Below are positions 54,301 to 62,606 of a stretch of 64,000 nt of DNA, one piece after another. A program made the position numbers and the translations under genes. The notes under the pieces are model-generated. The model saw only the letters and a program-made list of their open reading frames with translations. It was not told the DNA's origin and searched no databases. The stretch's first letter is position 1, and every line of letters starts with the position of its first letter. This DNA comes from Octopus vulgaris (taxonomy: Eukaryota), in NCBI GenBank assembly GCA_951406725.2, contig OX597829.1, positions 51,770,001 to 51,834,000 of the forward strand, in the 5' to 3' direction.

Positions 54301-55202
54301 CCCGCCTGTTCCATCGTCTGCGATCTGTGTCTGATGATGATGTTGGTCCGATTTGGAAAGTTTCGTCGGACGTTTGTCACTCGCGGACACGCTACCGACA
54401 TTGGTGTTCAGGGCTGTTGCGGTGTTGTTAGATCCAGGTGTTGTGTGGTGGTGATAACCTTCATTGCAATTTGTCGCCCCTTTAACCGTTCCTTTTTCGC
54501 CGTCAATTGAAACCCTGTTGTTATTTTTTTTTTTGGTTTGTTTTAATAGAAGAATAAATAAAAAATAAATTGAAAAGTTTACGACTGTGTTAATTGTTGG
54601 GTAAATTGTCTAAAGCGAAACAAATACTCGCAGAGACACATGCATCGAAACTACAAAGATTCTTATTCAAAATGGCTGCCCGCAATTTCTTTCAATGCAT
54701 TTCGCTTTTACATTTTATTTATCATCAGAAATAAATCAAAATCAACTTAAATCACTCTTACACAAAACTAAGGACTTCAGGTTTACACATTCGCCAAAAA
54801 GAAACACGGAAGAAGTTAATCTCGGAGAGAAAACCATTAACGAAATGACATAAACAAATGAATTGTAGCCATTCCAACGCATTTTCCACACACACGGAAA
54901 TATTCGATATTGACGAAATATTTCAAATAAAAGCAACCAGTTAGTTTCAATAATCTATTACTAGGATGACTGGGAGTAAAAGAGAAGAAAACTCGACTCG
55001 ATTTGAACAGCGGAAATAAGTGAAAACTTAATGTTTTTGTGAGAACAATTACGGGTTTGAAGTAAAAAATGGCGGTTGTACAACAATTTTATTTCCTTGC
55101 GGTTAAACTTGGACTGCATAGAGATATACTTTACCGAGATGAAGCCTGGTCTTGTCCCAAACATTCTCCTTGATGACTTTTACTTCGGGTTCCAATACCC
55201 AT
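11533..55202 (-). CDS. CRAMP1: Protein cramped-like (CRAMP1 ortholog), spliced gene, 18 coding exons, about 1181 aa
   Basis: Manual exon chaining with GT-AG boundaries and matching phases gives one open frame. The translation contains recognisable CRAMP1/cramped blocks: [31 protein letters not shown]...[17 protein letters not shown] (SANT), [69 protein letters not shown] and [16 protein letters not shown]. Confidence 0.95.
13282..14110 (+). mobile_element. RTE-clade LINE 3' fragment with SINE-shared tail
   Basis: SFCYLGD...[30 protein letters not shown] motifs, with stops and frameshifts. Confidence 0.85.
14721..14894 (-). CDS. CRAMP1: CRAMP1 exon 17 ([14 protein letters not shown]...SRDSSTSR)
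   Basis: ttacag| acceptor, GAT|GTAAGT donor, phase 0/0. Confidence 0.9.
17140..17685 (+). mobile_element. SINE or LINE-tail repeat with an RTE-like 3' end and internal duplications
   Basis: The tail aaaagcacc...ggaagggcatccagc...aacccatgccagcatggaa recurs many times in the window and terminates the RTE fragment at about 14100. Confidence 0.7.
18707..18852 (-). CDS. CRAMP1: CRAMP1 exon 16
   Basis: ttacag| acceptor, GAA|GTAAGA donor, phase 1/0. Confidence 0.88.
19524..19627 (-). ncRNA. Degenerate hammerhead-like motif with long stem II
   Basis: tcc-CTGATGG...imperfect AT-rich hairpin...GAAACAGCTGTA-gga, with palindromic stem III ACAGCTGT. A9 is not canonical. Confidence 0.4.
19993..20125 (-). 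CDS. CRAMP1: CRAMP1 exon 15 ([13 protein letters not shown])
   Basis: tacag| acceptor, T|GTAAGT donor, motif resembling the CRAMP1 SPPxxSxLLDISL block. Confidence 0.9.
21048..21312. mobile_element. Solo LTR of an LTR retrotransposon (265 bp)
   Basis: TGTGGTGT...ACACTACA termini, exact 5-bp TSD GCAAG at 21043-47 and 21313-17, GC/CpG-rich compared with the flanks. Confidence 0.88.
22430..22592. repeat. Near-perfect inverted repeat (74-bp arms), probably a Penelope-like element terminus
   Basis: Arms 22430-22503 and 22519-22592 are reverse complements with about 3 mismatches. It lies just downstream of a (TA)n tract. Confidence 0.85.
22516..22553 (+). ncRNA. Minimal type I hammerhead-like motif, U4C core variant
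   Basis: CTGT-CCGACGA-ATG(GCAA)CGT-GAA-ACTC(A)GAGT-A-ACAG. All three stems are in register, with a GUA cleavage triplet. Confidence 0.65.
23034..23164 (-). CDS. CRAMP1: CRAMP1 exon 14
   Basis: Polypyrimidine tract and ttccag| acceptor, ATG|GTAACA donor, phases 1 and 0 bridge exons 13 and 15. Confidence 0.8.
24006..24236 (-). mobile_element. Second SINE family (other copies at about 1535-1750, 5722-5945 and 60550-60732)
   Basis: Shared sequence ggcgagctggcaga...gagttcaaattccg...gtcgactttgcctttca. The 60550-60732 copy has TSD CATCTTCC. Confidence 0.8.
24834..25702 (+). mobile_element. mariner element remnant, internally deleted
   Basis: Degenerate TIRs tattggattgttagataa / ttatttgacaacccaata. 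Fragments LQHDN, YSPDIA...HLFWSL and LVECWQ. Confidence 0.85.
26556..27757 (+). mobile_element. Tc1/mariner-superfamily (maT/DD37D-like) element, decayed
   Basis: TIRs cagggtgttcaagctaaatttga / tcaaatttagcctgaacaccctg. Fragments FFSDEKNF and [13 protein letters not shown]. Confidence 0.85.
33187..33583 (-). CDS. CRAMP1: CRAMP1 exon 13 (RYRRKLL...[11 protein letters not shown]-rich)
   Basis: ORF 33116..33550, ttgtag| acceptor, G|GTAAGA donor. Confidence 0.9.
34641..34893. repeat. 19-bp minisatellite (CATACCTGGCTGTAGGAAC) x about 13
   Basis: Directly visible period-19 repeat embedded in a SINE tail. Confidence 0.95.
35052..35144 (-). CDS. CRAMP1: CRAMP1 exon 12 ([20 protein letters not shown]...)
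   Basis: ttggtag| acceptor, |GTAAGT donor, 93 nt, phase 0/0. Confidence 0.85.
36437..36658 (-). CDS. CRAMP1: CRAMP1 exon 11 ([16 protein letters not shown]...)
   Basis: tttttag| acceptor, |GTATGT donor, 222 nt, phase 0/0. Confidence 0.85.
36968..37689 (-). CDS. CRAMP1: CRAMP1 exon 10 (S/T-rich region plus conserved GWT...LEYDW block)
   Basis: ORF 36935..37672, ttgcag| acceptor, AAG|GTAGAA donor. Confidence 0.95.
39323..39473 (-). CDS. CRAMP1: CRAMP1 exon 9 ([22 protein letters not shown]...)
   Basis: Acceptor preceded by a U12-like branch site, open frame, G|GTACTT donor in phase 1 fitting exon 10. Confidence 0.85.
39474..40658 (-). other. U12-type (minor spliceosome) GT-AG intron, CRAMP1 intron 8
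   Basis: 5' splice site GTATCCTTT. Branch-like TTTCCTTCAC with the A at -12 from the 3' splice site. Confidence 0.88.
39586..40598. mobile_element. pogo/Tc2-like DNA transposon remnant inside the U12 intron
   Basis: TIRs ccgtaaaaacccatgtaat / attacatgggtttttacag, flanked by TA. Confidence 0.85.
40659..40861 (-). CDS. CRAMP1: CRAMP1 exon 8 ([27 protein letters not shown]...KKW)
   Basis: Within ORF 40602..40874. cctag| acceptor, U12-type donor |GTATCCTTT. Confidence 0.95.
41948..42740 (+). mobile_element. Tc1/mariner-superfamily (maT-like) remnant
   Basis: Terminus tacagggtgtccc and the fragment [20 protein letters not shown]. Confidence 0.7.
43118..43203 (-). CDS. CRAMP1: CRAMP1 exon 7 ([28 protein letters not shown])
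   Basis: ttttag| acceptor, G|GTAAAT donor, conserved RIxTPxCxALKK motif. Confidence 0.93.
44019..44234. mobile_element. piggyBac-like MITE (other copies at about 1-88, 43407-43637 and 48915-49200)
   Basis: TTAA|CCCTTTAGCA start here, a TGCTAAAAGG|TTAA end in the 43407-43637 copy, and shared internal sequence among copies. Confidence 0.75.
44915..45600 (-). mobile_element. RTE-clade LINE remnant
   Basis: [15 protein letters not shown]...PTGRRSRGR, a typical RTE C-terminus. The 5' boundary is approximate. Confidence 0.75.
45751..45799 (-). CDS. CRAMP1: CRAMP1 exon 6 ([16 protein letters not shown])
   Basis: ttacag| acceptor, GG|GTAAGA donor, phases 1 and 2 fit the neighbours. Confidence 0.9.
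46514..46585 (-). CDS. CRAMP1: CRAMP1 exon 5 ([23 protein letters not shown])
   Basis: cttcag| acceptor, A|GTAAGT donor, conserved motif. Confidence 0.95.
47087..47240 (-). CDS. CRAMP1: CRAMP1 exon 4 ([15 protein letters not shown]...[18 protein letters not shown])
   Basis: tttcag| acceptor, G|GTGAGT donor, strong family motif. Confidence 0.97.
48552..48649 (-). CDS. CRAMP1: CRAMP1 exon 3 (SANT start, [21 protein letters not shown])
   Basis: tttcag| acceptor, GAG|GTAAC donor, conserved SANT residues. Confidence 0.95.
51378..51760 (+). mobile_element. tRNA-derived SINE, near full length (many more decayed copies in the window)
   Basis: A-box/B-box-like head (tggctgtgtggtaag...ggttcagtccc), central (TA)n, body shared with the copy at 62196-62568. 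Confidence 0.85.
54078..54514 (-). CDS. CRAMP1: CRAMP1 coding exon 2 (low-complexity G/T/S-rich, basic KRPKR putative NLS)
   Basis: Acceptor caacag|G (weak), open frame including ORF 54010..54390, donor G|GTAAGT in phase 1 matching exon 3. Confidence 0.8.
54668..54680 (+). promoter_or_regulatory. YY1/Pho-like motif CAAAATGGCTGCC (second site AAAATGGCGG at 55066-55075)
   Basis: Matches the YY1 consensus and lies in the CpG-retaining 5' region (predicted intron 1). Motif match only. Confidence 0.4.
55135..55202 (-). CDS. CRAMP1: CRAMP1 coding exon 1 ([23 protein letters not shown])
   Basis: ATG in gaaATGg context. The phase-2 donor CG|GTAAAG matches the phase of the exon 2 acceptor. It is the only nearby ATG I found that joins the main frame. 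There is no homology support. Confidence 0.65.
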
Positions 55203-56591
55203 TTCGATAGAACCTGCTTGAAATCCAGCTTTTAATCCGACTTGTTGTTAAGATGCCAGACTTCGAAGTCAGCAGAGTCCTGTCCGTCACTTTGGTACAA
55301 AATACAAATTATCTTCTCTCGGTCGTCGGTGACTGAGAGAGAGAGAGAAGGAGAAGCAAAATAAATGAAAATAAACAGTTTTAAAAAAATAATCAAGAAT
55401 AATGGTAACCAGAACGAGAGACAAAAACTTTGCCTGGAATTTTCCTCTTTTGGTAATTAATTGGAAAAAAGCCTCTGTCAACGTTGTTTTCATAGCGAAT
55501 CATCTGCACAGCTCCGCATCATCATCATCATCACTATTACTATCATCATCATCATTACTATTATCATCATCATCATCATTACTATCATCATCATCATCAA
55601 TTAGCACTTCTTACTGCTAGTAAAGACAGCTTCTTCTTCTTCTTTTTGCCATAATAGTGATGATGAAGAAGAAGAAGAATGCACCGCACACAAATTAGAC
55701 TGAAACGCGTTGAGTGATAATAGTTTTGATAGAAATTCACTCAGACACTGCCTCTACACTCGCTGCCATTCGCATTTTTACTCTTTTCTTTCAAGTTTGC
55801 TTTCAGCCTTTTTTCTTCTTCTTTCCTTTTCTCTTTTTTCCATTAAGTTATTATCCTCTTGCTGCTGCTGTTGCCCAGGATCGCTACTGCTAGTTTTTAA
55901 AATTTTTATTATTTATTATTTAAACATTGAGAGGGTGTGTGAGTAGATAAGATCGATATCCAATCATCAAGTCGGCCGGATTTGAACTCGGAATCGTGAG
56001 AGACGCATCAAAGTTTGGATACCTCAGCAGTTTTGTAATTCCGGCTCTCTACCATCTAGGCCAGTTATCTTGGCATATATCTCTGAGAAAACAATTAAAA
56101 CCATCATCCAGTCACTTAATCACTTACTACCACCGTTTTTTCCGAACCGACGAGGAGGCTTCTACGCGGTCATCCTGGCCGTTAGAAATGGTAGCCAAAT
56201 CTCCCTCAAATCACACCAAACAGCTTCAAAACAGGATGATACACTGGACAGCAACCACCGCAGCGCATATTGTAGATAGTTACGACTAACTTTATCGTAT
56301 ATCTATCTATTTATAACGATTTCTCAGTCGTGGATGATGAGGGCCAAAGCAAAACTGCTAAATGCTTAGTGACGGGGCTTTAACTTCTTTTATTAGGATT
56401 TGACTCGCCGAGAAAAATAACAACACGCGAAATGCTTGTCACATTTTATACTTAGAATGACACTTTAAAACTAAACATCCATTCACGGTCAATTGCGCAC
56501 GCTAGCTCTTTCTCTCTCTCTCTCACTCACTCACTCTCTCTCTCTCTCGCTCATTTTCTCCCTCGCTTCTTTTCACTCGCTCATTCTTTCT

Positions 56592-56629
<38 letters not shown>

Positions 56630-57493
56630 TTGATATATATACACACCTATAGAAAATTGGGCTCTTTCGTTTTGAGTCTCAGGAATGTCAATGATCTATC
56701 AGCTGAGAGAGAGAGAGAGAGAGAGAAAGTATGTGTGTGTGAGGGAGAGAGAGAGAAAGTATGTGTGTATGAAGGAGAGAGAGTGACAGCTACATTTTTT
56801 TATCGAAAGATCGTCAAAATTGCTTAGCTGACAACTAAGTCCTGCTCCGTCTTAAAAAACCTGTCGAGCCTACAATCTTAGGATCATATTAAAGATTTCA
56901 GGATCTAAGCATTCAAAACTACTAATTACGACAATAATTCCCCTGCTTAATTAGATTCTTCACCAGGTGAGAAAAATACTTACACACACACACCCACTAG
57001 GAAAATATCTTTCATAAAACTAAACGTGATGTTCGTGCCTTTCCCAAAGACATTATTCTTATAAGCGATATTAAAGCGGGGAGCTGGTAGAACTGTTATC
57101 GTGCCGGGAAAAAAATGAATAAGCAACATTTATTTCAGCATTGCATTCTGAGTTCGAATTACGCCGATGTCAGCTGTGCTTTTTCTCCCTTGGGGATGGA
57201 TAAAATAAGTACCAGTTGAGCATTAGAGTTAATGTGATCGACTAGACCCTTCGACTAAAATTTCAGGTCTTGGGCCTATAGCGGAAAGGATTATCATAAG
57301 CGATAAAAATAATAAAAATATGAATGCTTATCGCTACATTATGCCGCTTATCTCGACACTGAAATAAATGTTTGCTGTAACAGATAGATGAGGTTTAGCC
57401 CCATGTGAACAGGCTGATAAAAAGTAAACTTATGATCAAAAAGCTATGGAGACATCACCATAATATTTTCCCTTCTTTCTTTTATATGTCTAG

Positions 57494-57924
57494 GGCGATC
57501 TTTCGTCTCTAGTAGACCTTTCCGTCGATTTCCGTAAAAAAAAATTTTTTTTTTTACATATGGGCTTGCGGGAACTTTTGAAGTAATATACATACATATA
57601 TACACATACACCGAGTAAAAAATTTCAGTTATCTCTTTCTTTCACACATTACTCTGTCTGTCTTTCACACACACTAACAGAAGCACTTCACTTACACAAC
57701 ATACTGTCTGTCTCCCACACCCCATCAAACACACACACACACACATGTACATCAATGCTTCACATGCACGGTAACTTCAAAAGAACTTCCCTCGTCATAC
57801 AATCGCTTTCTCTTAGTCTCTTTCGCTCTCATTACTTCAAAAGTTCCCGCAAGCCCATATGTAAAAAAAAAAAAAATTTTTTACGGAAATCGACGGAAAG
57901 GTCTACTAGAGACGAAAGATTGCC
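57494..57924. mobile_element. MITE with about 94-bp TIRs and 9-bp TSD (Mutator- or Merlin-like)
   Basis: GGCGATC...GATTGCC termini, near-perfect TIRs, TSD TATGTCTAG at 57485-93 and 57925-33. Confidence 0.9.
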
Positions 57925-58317
57925 TATGTCTAGAATTATTATATTATTCAGTGTTTTCATACCTTTCTAAGTTGGGAGGGTGAGATTTGTGGAAAATTTT
58001 AGTTGTTATTTTTATTATCGTCGTGGTTCAATTAATGCTGATTGATTTCACCCGAAGAAGAAGTTTAATTAATATTTTTAACTGATTAAATAAAACAGTT
58101 CGTGTTTCATTGATTCCGCAGGTTTGAACTTAGAAATGCGAGTTCATTGAGATTTGCCGGGTTAGGGGGGGGGACGTAAAATTATGATTCATTTTTGTTT
58201 GAATAAGCATGCAGGCTTTCTAAAATTAGAAGGCAAATGTTTTGCCGTGAATATTTATAACAACGCGCGCAGATTTGAGTCACACGTCCGTTAAGCACTT
58301 TGCTTTTCAAGTTAGAC

Positions 58318-58975
58318 GACATACATACATACACACACGCACACACACACATACATACACACACATACATACACACACACACACGCACACACACATACAT
58401 ACACACACACATACATATAACATATATATATATATACACGCATACACACATACATATAACACATACACACATTCATACATACACATACATATATACTTAC
58501 ATACAAATAACATACACACACGCACACATACATACATAGAACATATACACACATTCATACATACACACATATAACATATACATATATACACGCACACACA
58601 CATACATACACACATACATATATATACTTACATACATATAACATACACACACGCACACATACATATAACATACACACACGCACACATACATATAACATAC
58701 ACAAACACATACATACACACACACACACACACACATACATAGAACATATACACACATTCATACATACACAGACGCACACACATACATACATACATACATA
58801 CATAGAACATATACACACATTCATACATACACAGACGCACACACATACATACATAAATACATACATACATAGAACATATACACACATTCATACATACACA
58901 GACGCACACACATACATACATAAATACATACATACATGCATGCATACGTGTGTGTGTGTGTGAGTATGTATGTCA
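58318..58975. repeat. Compound (CA/TA/CATA)n microsatellite with higher-order duplications
   Basis: Directly visible. It is the source of the spurious CVCV/THTH ORFs. Confidence 0.95.
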
Positions 58976-59568
58976 CTGTTTTTTTGGTGGGAGTGTATTT
59001 GGATCCTTGAAAACTGCCGTTGAAAAGGAAAAGATCCGTGTATTTTTTTAAATATGATTTGCAATTTTTAATCTAAGAGAATCATTCTTCAAATATTGTG
59101 ACTATCAACAATTCTTTCCTGAAACTTTTTAATACACGCGCGCACATATATACACAATGTCTTTACGTATATGGTATGTGTGTATCTAAGCGTAGGTGTG
59201 GCTGAAGTGTAAGAAGTTTGCTTCTCAACCATAAGGTTCTGAGCTCAGTCCCGCTGCGTGCCACCCACCACATGTTTCTTTTACTGTGGCTTTGGGGTTA
59301 ACAAATCCTTATGGGTGGATTTGGTAGACAGAAACTGAAAGAAACCTGTCGCGCGCGTGTGTGTGTGTGTGCGTGCGATCTAAGAGCCAAGAAGAAATGC
59401 ACTCGTATATCTGTGAATAGAATGGGTATATTATCCGAAGTGTACAATATCCATTTCGGCCGATCTAACCAATCAGTTTCGCGCTAGGTATTCTACGGAG
59501 TGTATGGTAACAATCCCATTATGTAACTCAATAGGGGTAGCCGGTATGGAATGAAATATGGCAACTGA

Positions 59569-59589
<21 letters not shown>

Positions 59590-59601
<12 letters not shown>

Positions 59602-60181
59602 ATTTTTTTTTTTTCATGCTGATGCACCGCCGTTTTGTGCTACACTTTTATTACGAAGAACCTCCTCTAATATGTGGCACTTGGTGAAGGATGGAGTTTG
59701 ACATAGCTACTCTCATTTGCACCTCTTGCCGTGAGGTAGGTTCACCTGGGACTCTCGACAGGACGATGTCCAGCTTTGATTTAAAAACCACTACATCTAC
59801 TTTGTGAAAGTTCCTCAGACTCTTTGGGAGAATATTAAAAAGCTGTGGGCCCTTGAAACCCAGGCTGTTGCAGAAGCTGGTCCTGAAGCATGATGGCATT
59901 GCTGGGATCTTTGGCACTAGCTGTGTCGTCCCGTTCTAGCATTGGTGTAGCTTACAATGCCAACATTTGGCACAATTCCTCCCAGGATCTTCCAGACATA
60001 TATTACTGCATACCTCTCCCGTCTTCTCTCCAGGGAGTAGAGTCTTGGCTGTTTCAACCTTTCCCAGTAGCTGAGCTGTTGCAAAGAGACGATCTTCTTT
60101 GTGAATCTTCTCTGGATTGCTTCAAGGTCCGCTTTTAATTTCACATTGGTGGGTGACCATAGCTGTGAACAGTAATCCAGT

Positions 60182-60185
<4 letters not shown>
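59590..60185 (-). mobile_element. CR1/L2-group LINE 3' fragment
   Basis: LDYCSQLWSP...LEAIQRRFTK...YWERLK..LYSLERRRER and FNILP...FKSKLD, followed by an A-rich tail. Confidence 0.88.
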
Positions 60186-60217
<32 letters not shown>

Positions 60218-60272
60218 AGATGTACTTGCATAGCAAGTGACTTGATCTGAGATCGTGTGCTGAAACAAAAAT

Positions 60273-60751
60273 AATTGCAGTGTGGAAAATGTTTGTAAGT
60301 CATTTAAGAACATACAAAAACCATTAGTTTCACTATAACATTTACATACATTTAATTTGTGTGAAAATATTTTCGTCGCTTTGAAACCGCGATCTGTTCA
60401 CTAACAAAACTGAGAGGCAGCAGGAAGTTTGTCAGTGAACATGTCGCGGTTTCAAAGCGATGGAAAATATTTTGACACAAATTAAATTTAGATGTTGAAG
60501 TTAAATTAACGGTTTTTGTGTGTTCTTAAATGGTTTACAAACATCTTCCTATTTCTTTATTACCCACAAGGGGCTAAACATAGAGGGGACAAACAAGGAC
60601 AGACATATGTATTAAGTCGATTACATCGACCCCAGTGCGTAACTGGTACTTAATTTATCGACCCCGAAAGGATGAAAGGTAAAGTCGACCTCGGCGGAAT
60701 TTGAACTCACAACGTAACGGCAGACGAAATAGCATCTTCCACGCTACAGTT
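60273..60751. repeat. Imperfect palindrome (about 135-bp arms) interrupted by a SINE
   Basis: The left arm from 60273 mirrors 60426-60549 plus 60741-60751. Confidence 0.8.
60430..60477 (+). ncRNA. Minimal type I hammerhead-like motif, G3-C8 core variant
   Basis: TGTCA-GTGAACA-TGTCGC(ggtttcaaa)GCGATG-GAA-AATATT-T-TGACA. Stems I and II pair and stem III is a 6-nt palindrome. Confidence 0.6.
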
Positions 60752-60772
60752 GTATGTACGTGTGTGTGTGTG

Positions 60773-61552
60773 GGGGGGGGCAGACTAAATTCGACACTTT
60801 TCATAAAAGGAAACGAAAACAATATTTAAGTATTTTAAAAGTTTAAAATATATCAACTAGTTGATGACCGGAAAAACTAGTTTATTCACAGTAGCCGCTC
60901 TCGGCTTCCACTATGGCCTCAAGACGGCTCCGGAACCTGGTACGTGCGTTCCTCATTGTGTCCCAGGAAAGATCTTCGAACACCAGCTCGGCCTTAGTAT
61001 TGCAGGCAGAGTGGCTGGTGTCTTTCTCAAGTTTGCTCCATAGGATTACAATTGTAGGAATTAACGGGTCAGAAATTAGGGCTGGTGGAATCGTCGAAAT
61101 TCCCTGAAAATCACTTCTGATTCTTTCCAGAAGTAATGCAAGAAGCTGAACCCAGCTGCCAAAATTATGGCCTTCAAGCAGCAACTTTCACCAGTTAGGG
61201 ATTGACCAGTCTCCAGTAGCATCACATGGTAATCTGAAATTAGCTGAAGGCCCTTTCAAAGTTGTGAGGATGAATTCGGGCGTGCGGACACAGAATGCCT
61301 GCTGTGTCCCTTTCTGCTGGTCAAAGTTTCATAGTCTCCGTTGTAGCTGTCCTTGTCACAGCCATCATAATGTCGGTATCATCATGGTACTGGTAACACT
61401 TTTCCAATATTCAGATAGCTTTCAATCCCCCAGGTCGATTAACTTTTCTCAATTACAACTGCAATCTTTGATGCCATTGATTGTCCCTCAGACATCAAGT
61501 TGTTTCTGAAGAAGGAGACATAAAAATCATCAAGTTTAGCTAGAACACCCCT
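60773..61552 (-). mobile_element. maT-like transposon remnant related to the 26556-27757 element
   Basis: C-terminal fragment RNARTRFRSRLEAIVEAESGY and degenerate TIRs. Confidence 0.75.
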
Positions 61553-61751
61553 AAGTGTGTGTGTGTGTGTATGCGTATGATTGTGTGTGACTATCCATGT
61601 TTTCTTTTGTCCTGCACCACTCTCTGACGACCGGTGTTGGTTTTTTTACGTCCCCGTAAGTTAGCTGTTTGACAAAAAGAGACCACTAACATGAGTGCCA
61701 GACTTTAAAAAATATAAGTACAGGGGTCGATTTCTTCGACTAAAATTCCTC

Positions 61752-62606
61752 GGTGCTCCTTTGGCGTGTGATCTACAAGGGAGATTACTTTTTTTAGTTT
61801 GCTTTTCAATTTCTAAAAACCCGTAAGATGTTGGCTAAAGATTTTTACAATGTGATCAGCGAGGAAACGAAGCAGTTGCATTTTTACAAGAAACCAGAAC
61901 TAAATTCACATTATTTCTTAAGAAAAAGAAAGGTGCCACTTTGGCGTGTGATCTATAATTTAAAGCGAGATTAATTTAGGTTACTTTTTAGTTTACTTTG
62001 TGTTAGTGCTACTTTCCGTGAGGTCTACGTGAGCAAATTTACTTTAATGGATGATCTACGCGCGTATTTAATTATTATATGTTTTTCCCCTATCATTAAA
62101 ACAGTAAGAATTTGAAAAAAAAACAGTAAAAATTTTAAAGAAATACATTTACAATGCTAAATATGAACAAAATTATTTAAAAAGTAACCTATGTAGGCAC
62201 AGGAGTGGCTGCGTGGTAAGTAACTTGCTTACCAACCACATGGTTCCGGGTTCAATCTAGTATAGGCTCGGGCCGACCAAAGCCTTGTGAGTGGATTTGG
62301 TAGACGGAAACTGAAAGAAGCCCGTCGTATATATGTATATATATATATGTATGTAGATGTGTATATGTTTGTGTGTCCGTGTTTGTCCCCCCCACTGTCC
62401 CTTGACAACCGATGCTGGTGTGTTTACGTCCCAGTAACTTAGCGGTTCGGCGAAAGAAGCCGATAGAATAAGTACTAGGCTTACAAAGAATAAGCCCTGG
62501 GGTCGATTTGCTCGACTAAAGGCGGTGCTCTAGCATGGCCACAGTCAAATGACTGAAACAAGTAAAAAGGTAATCTCCCCTGTAGATCACACACCAAAGT
62601 AGCACC
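61752..62606. mobile_element. Merlin-like non-autonomous element with a nested SINE
   Basis: GG termini, about 37-bp TIRs, internal repeats of the terminal unit (about 61932 and 62005), 8-bp TSD aattcctc/aatccctc. Confidence 0.8.
62196..62568 (+). mobile_element. tRNA-derived SINE, same family as 51378-51760
   Basis: High visible identity to the 51378 copy. Confidence 0.85.

Noticed and set aside
54027-54401. ATG-initiated 124-aa ORF (MSVACP...) as the real first exon
   Set aside because: Its phase at the donor is 0 but exon 3 needs phase 1. The spliced product stops within exon 3.
54064-54510. Plus-strand 148-aa ORF
   Set aside because: Antisense shadow of the GC-rich exon 2, with no independent support.
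54390-54612. Obligate non-AUG initiation of CRAMP1 (no in-frame ATG in exon 2)
   Set aside because: A phase-compatible upstream ATG exon (55202-55135) explains it more simply. Kept only as a fallback.
56325-58105. Further hammerhead-like remnants (gatgatgagggccaaagcaaaact near 56331, ccgaagaag...aaaacagttcgt near 58052)
   Set aside because: The cores and stems are too degenerate to distinguish from chance.
58182-58945. Cys/Val- and His/Thr-rich ORFs (also at 7083-7893)
   Set aside because: Translations of microsatellite tracts.
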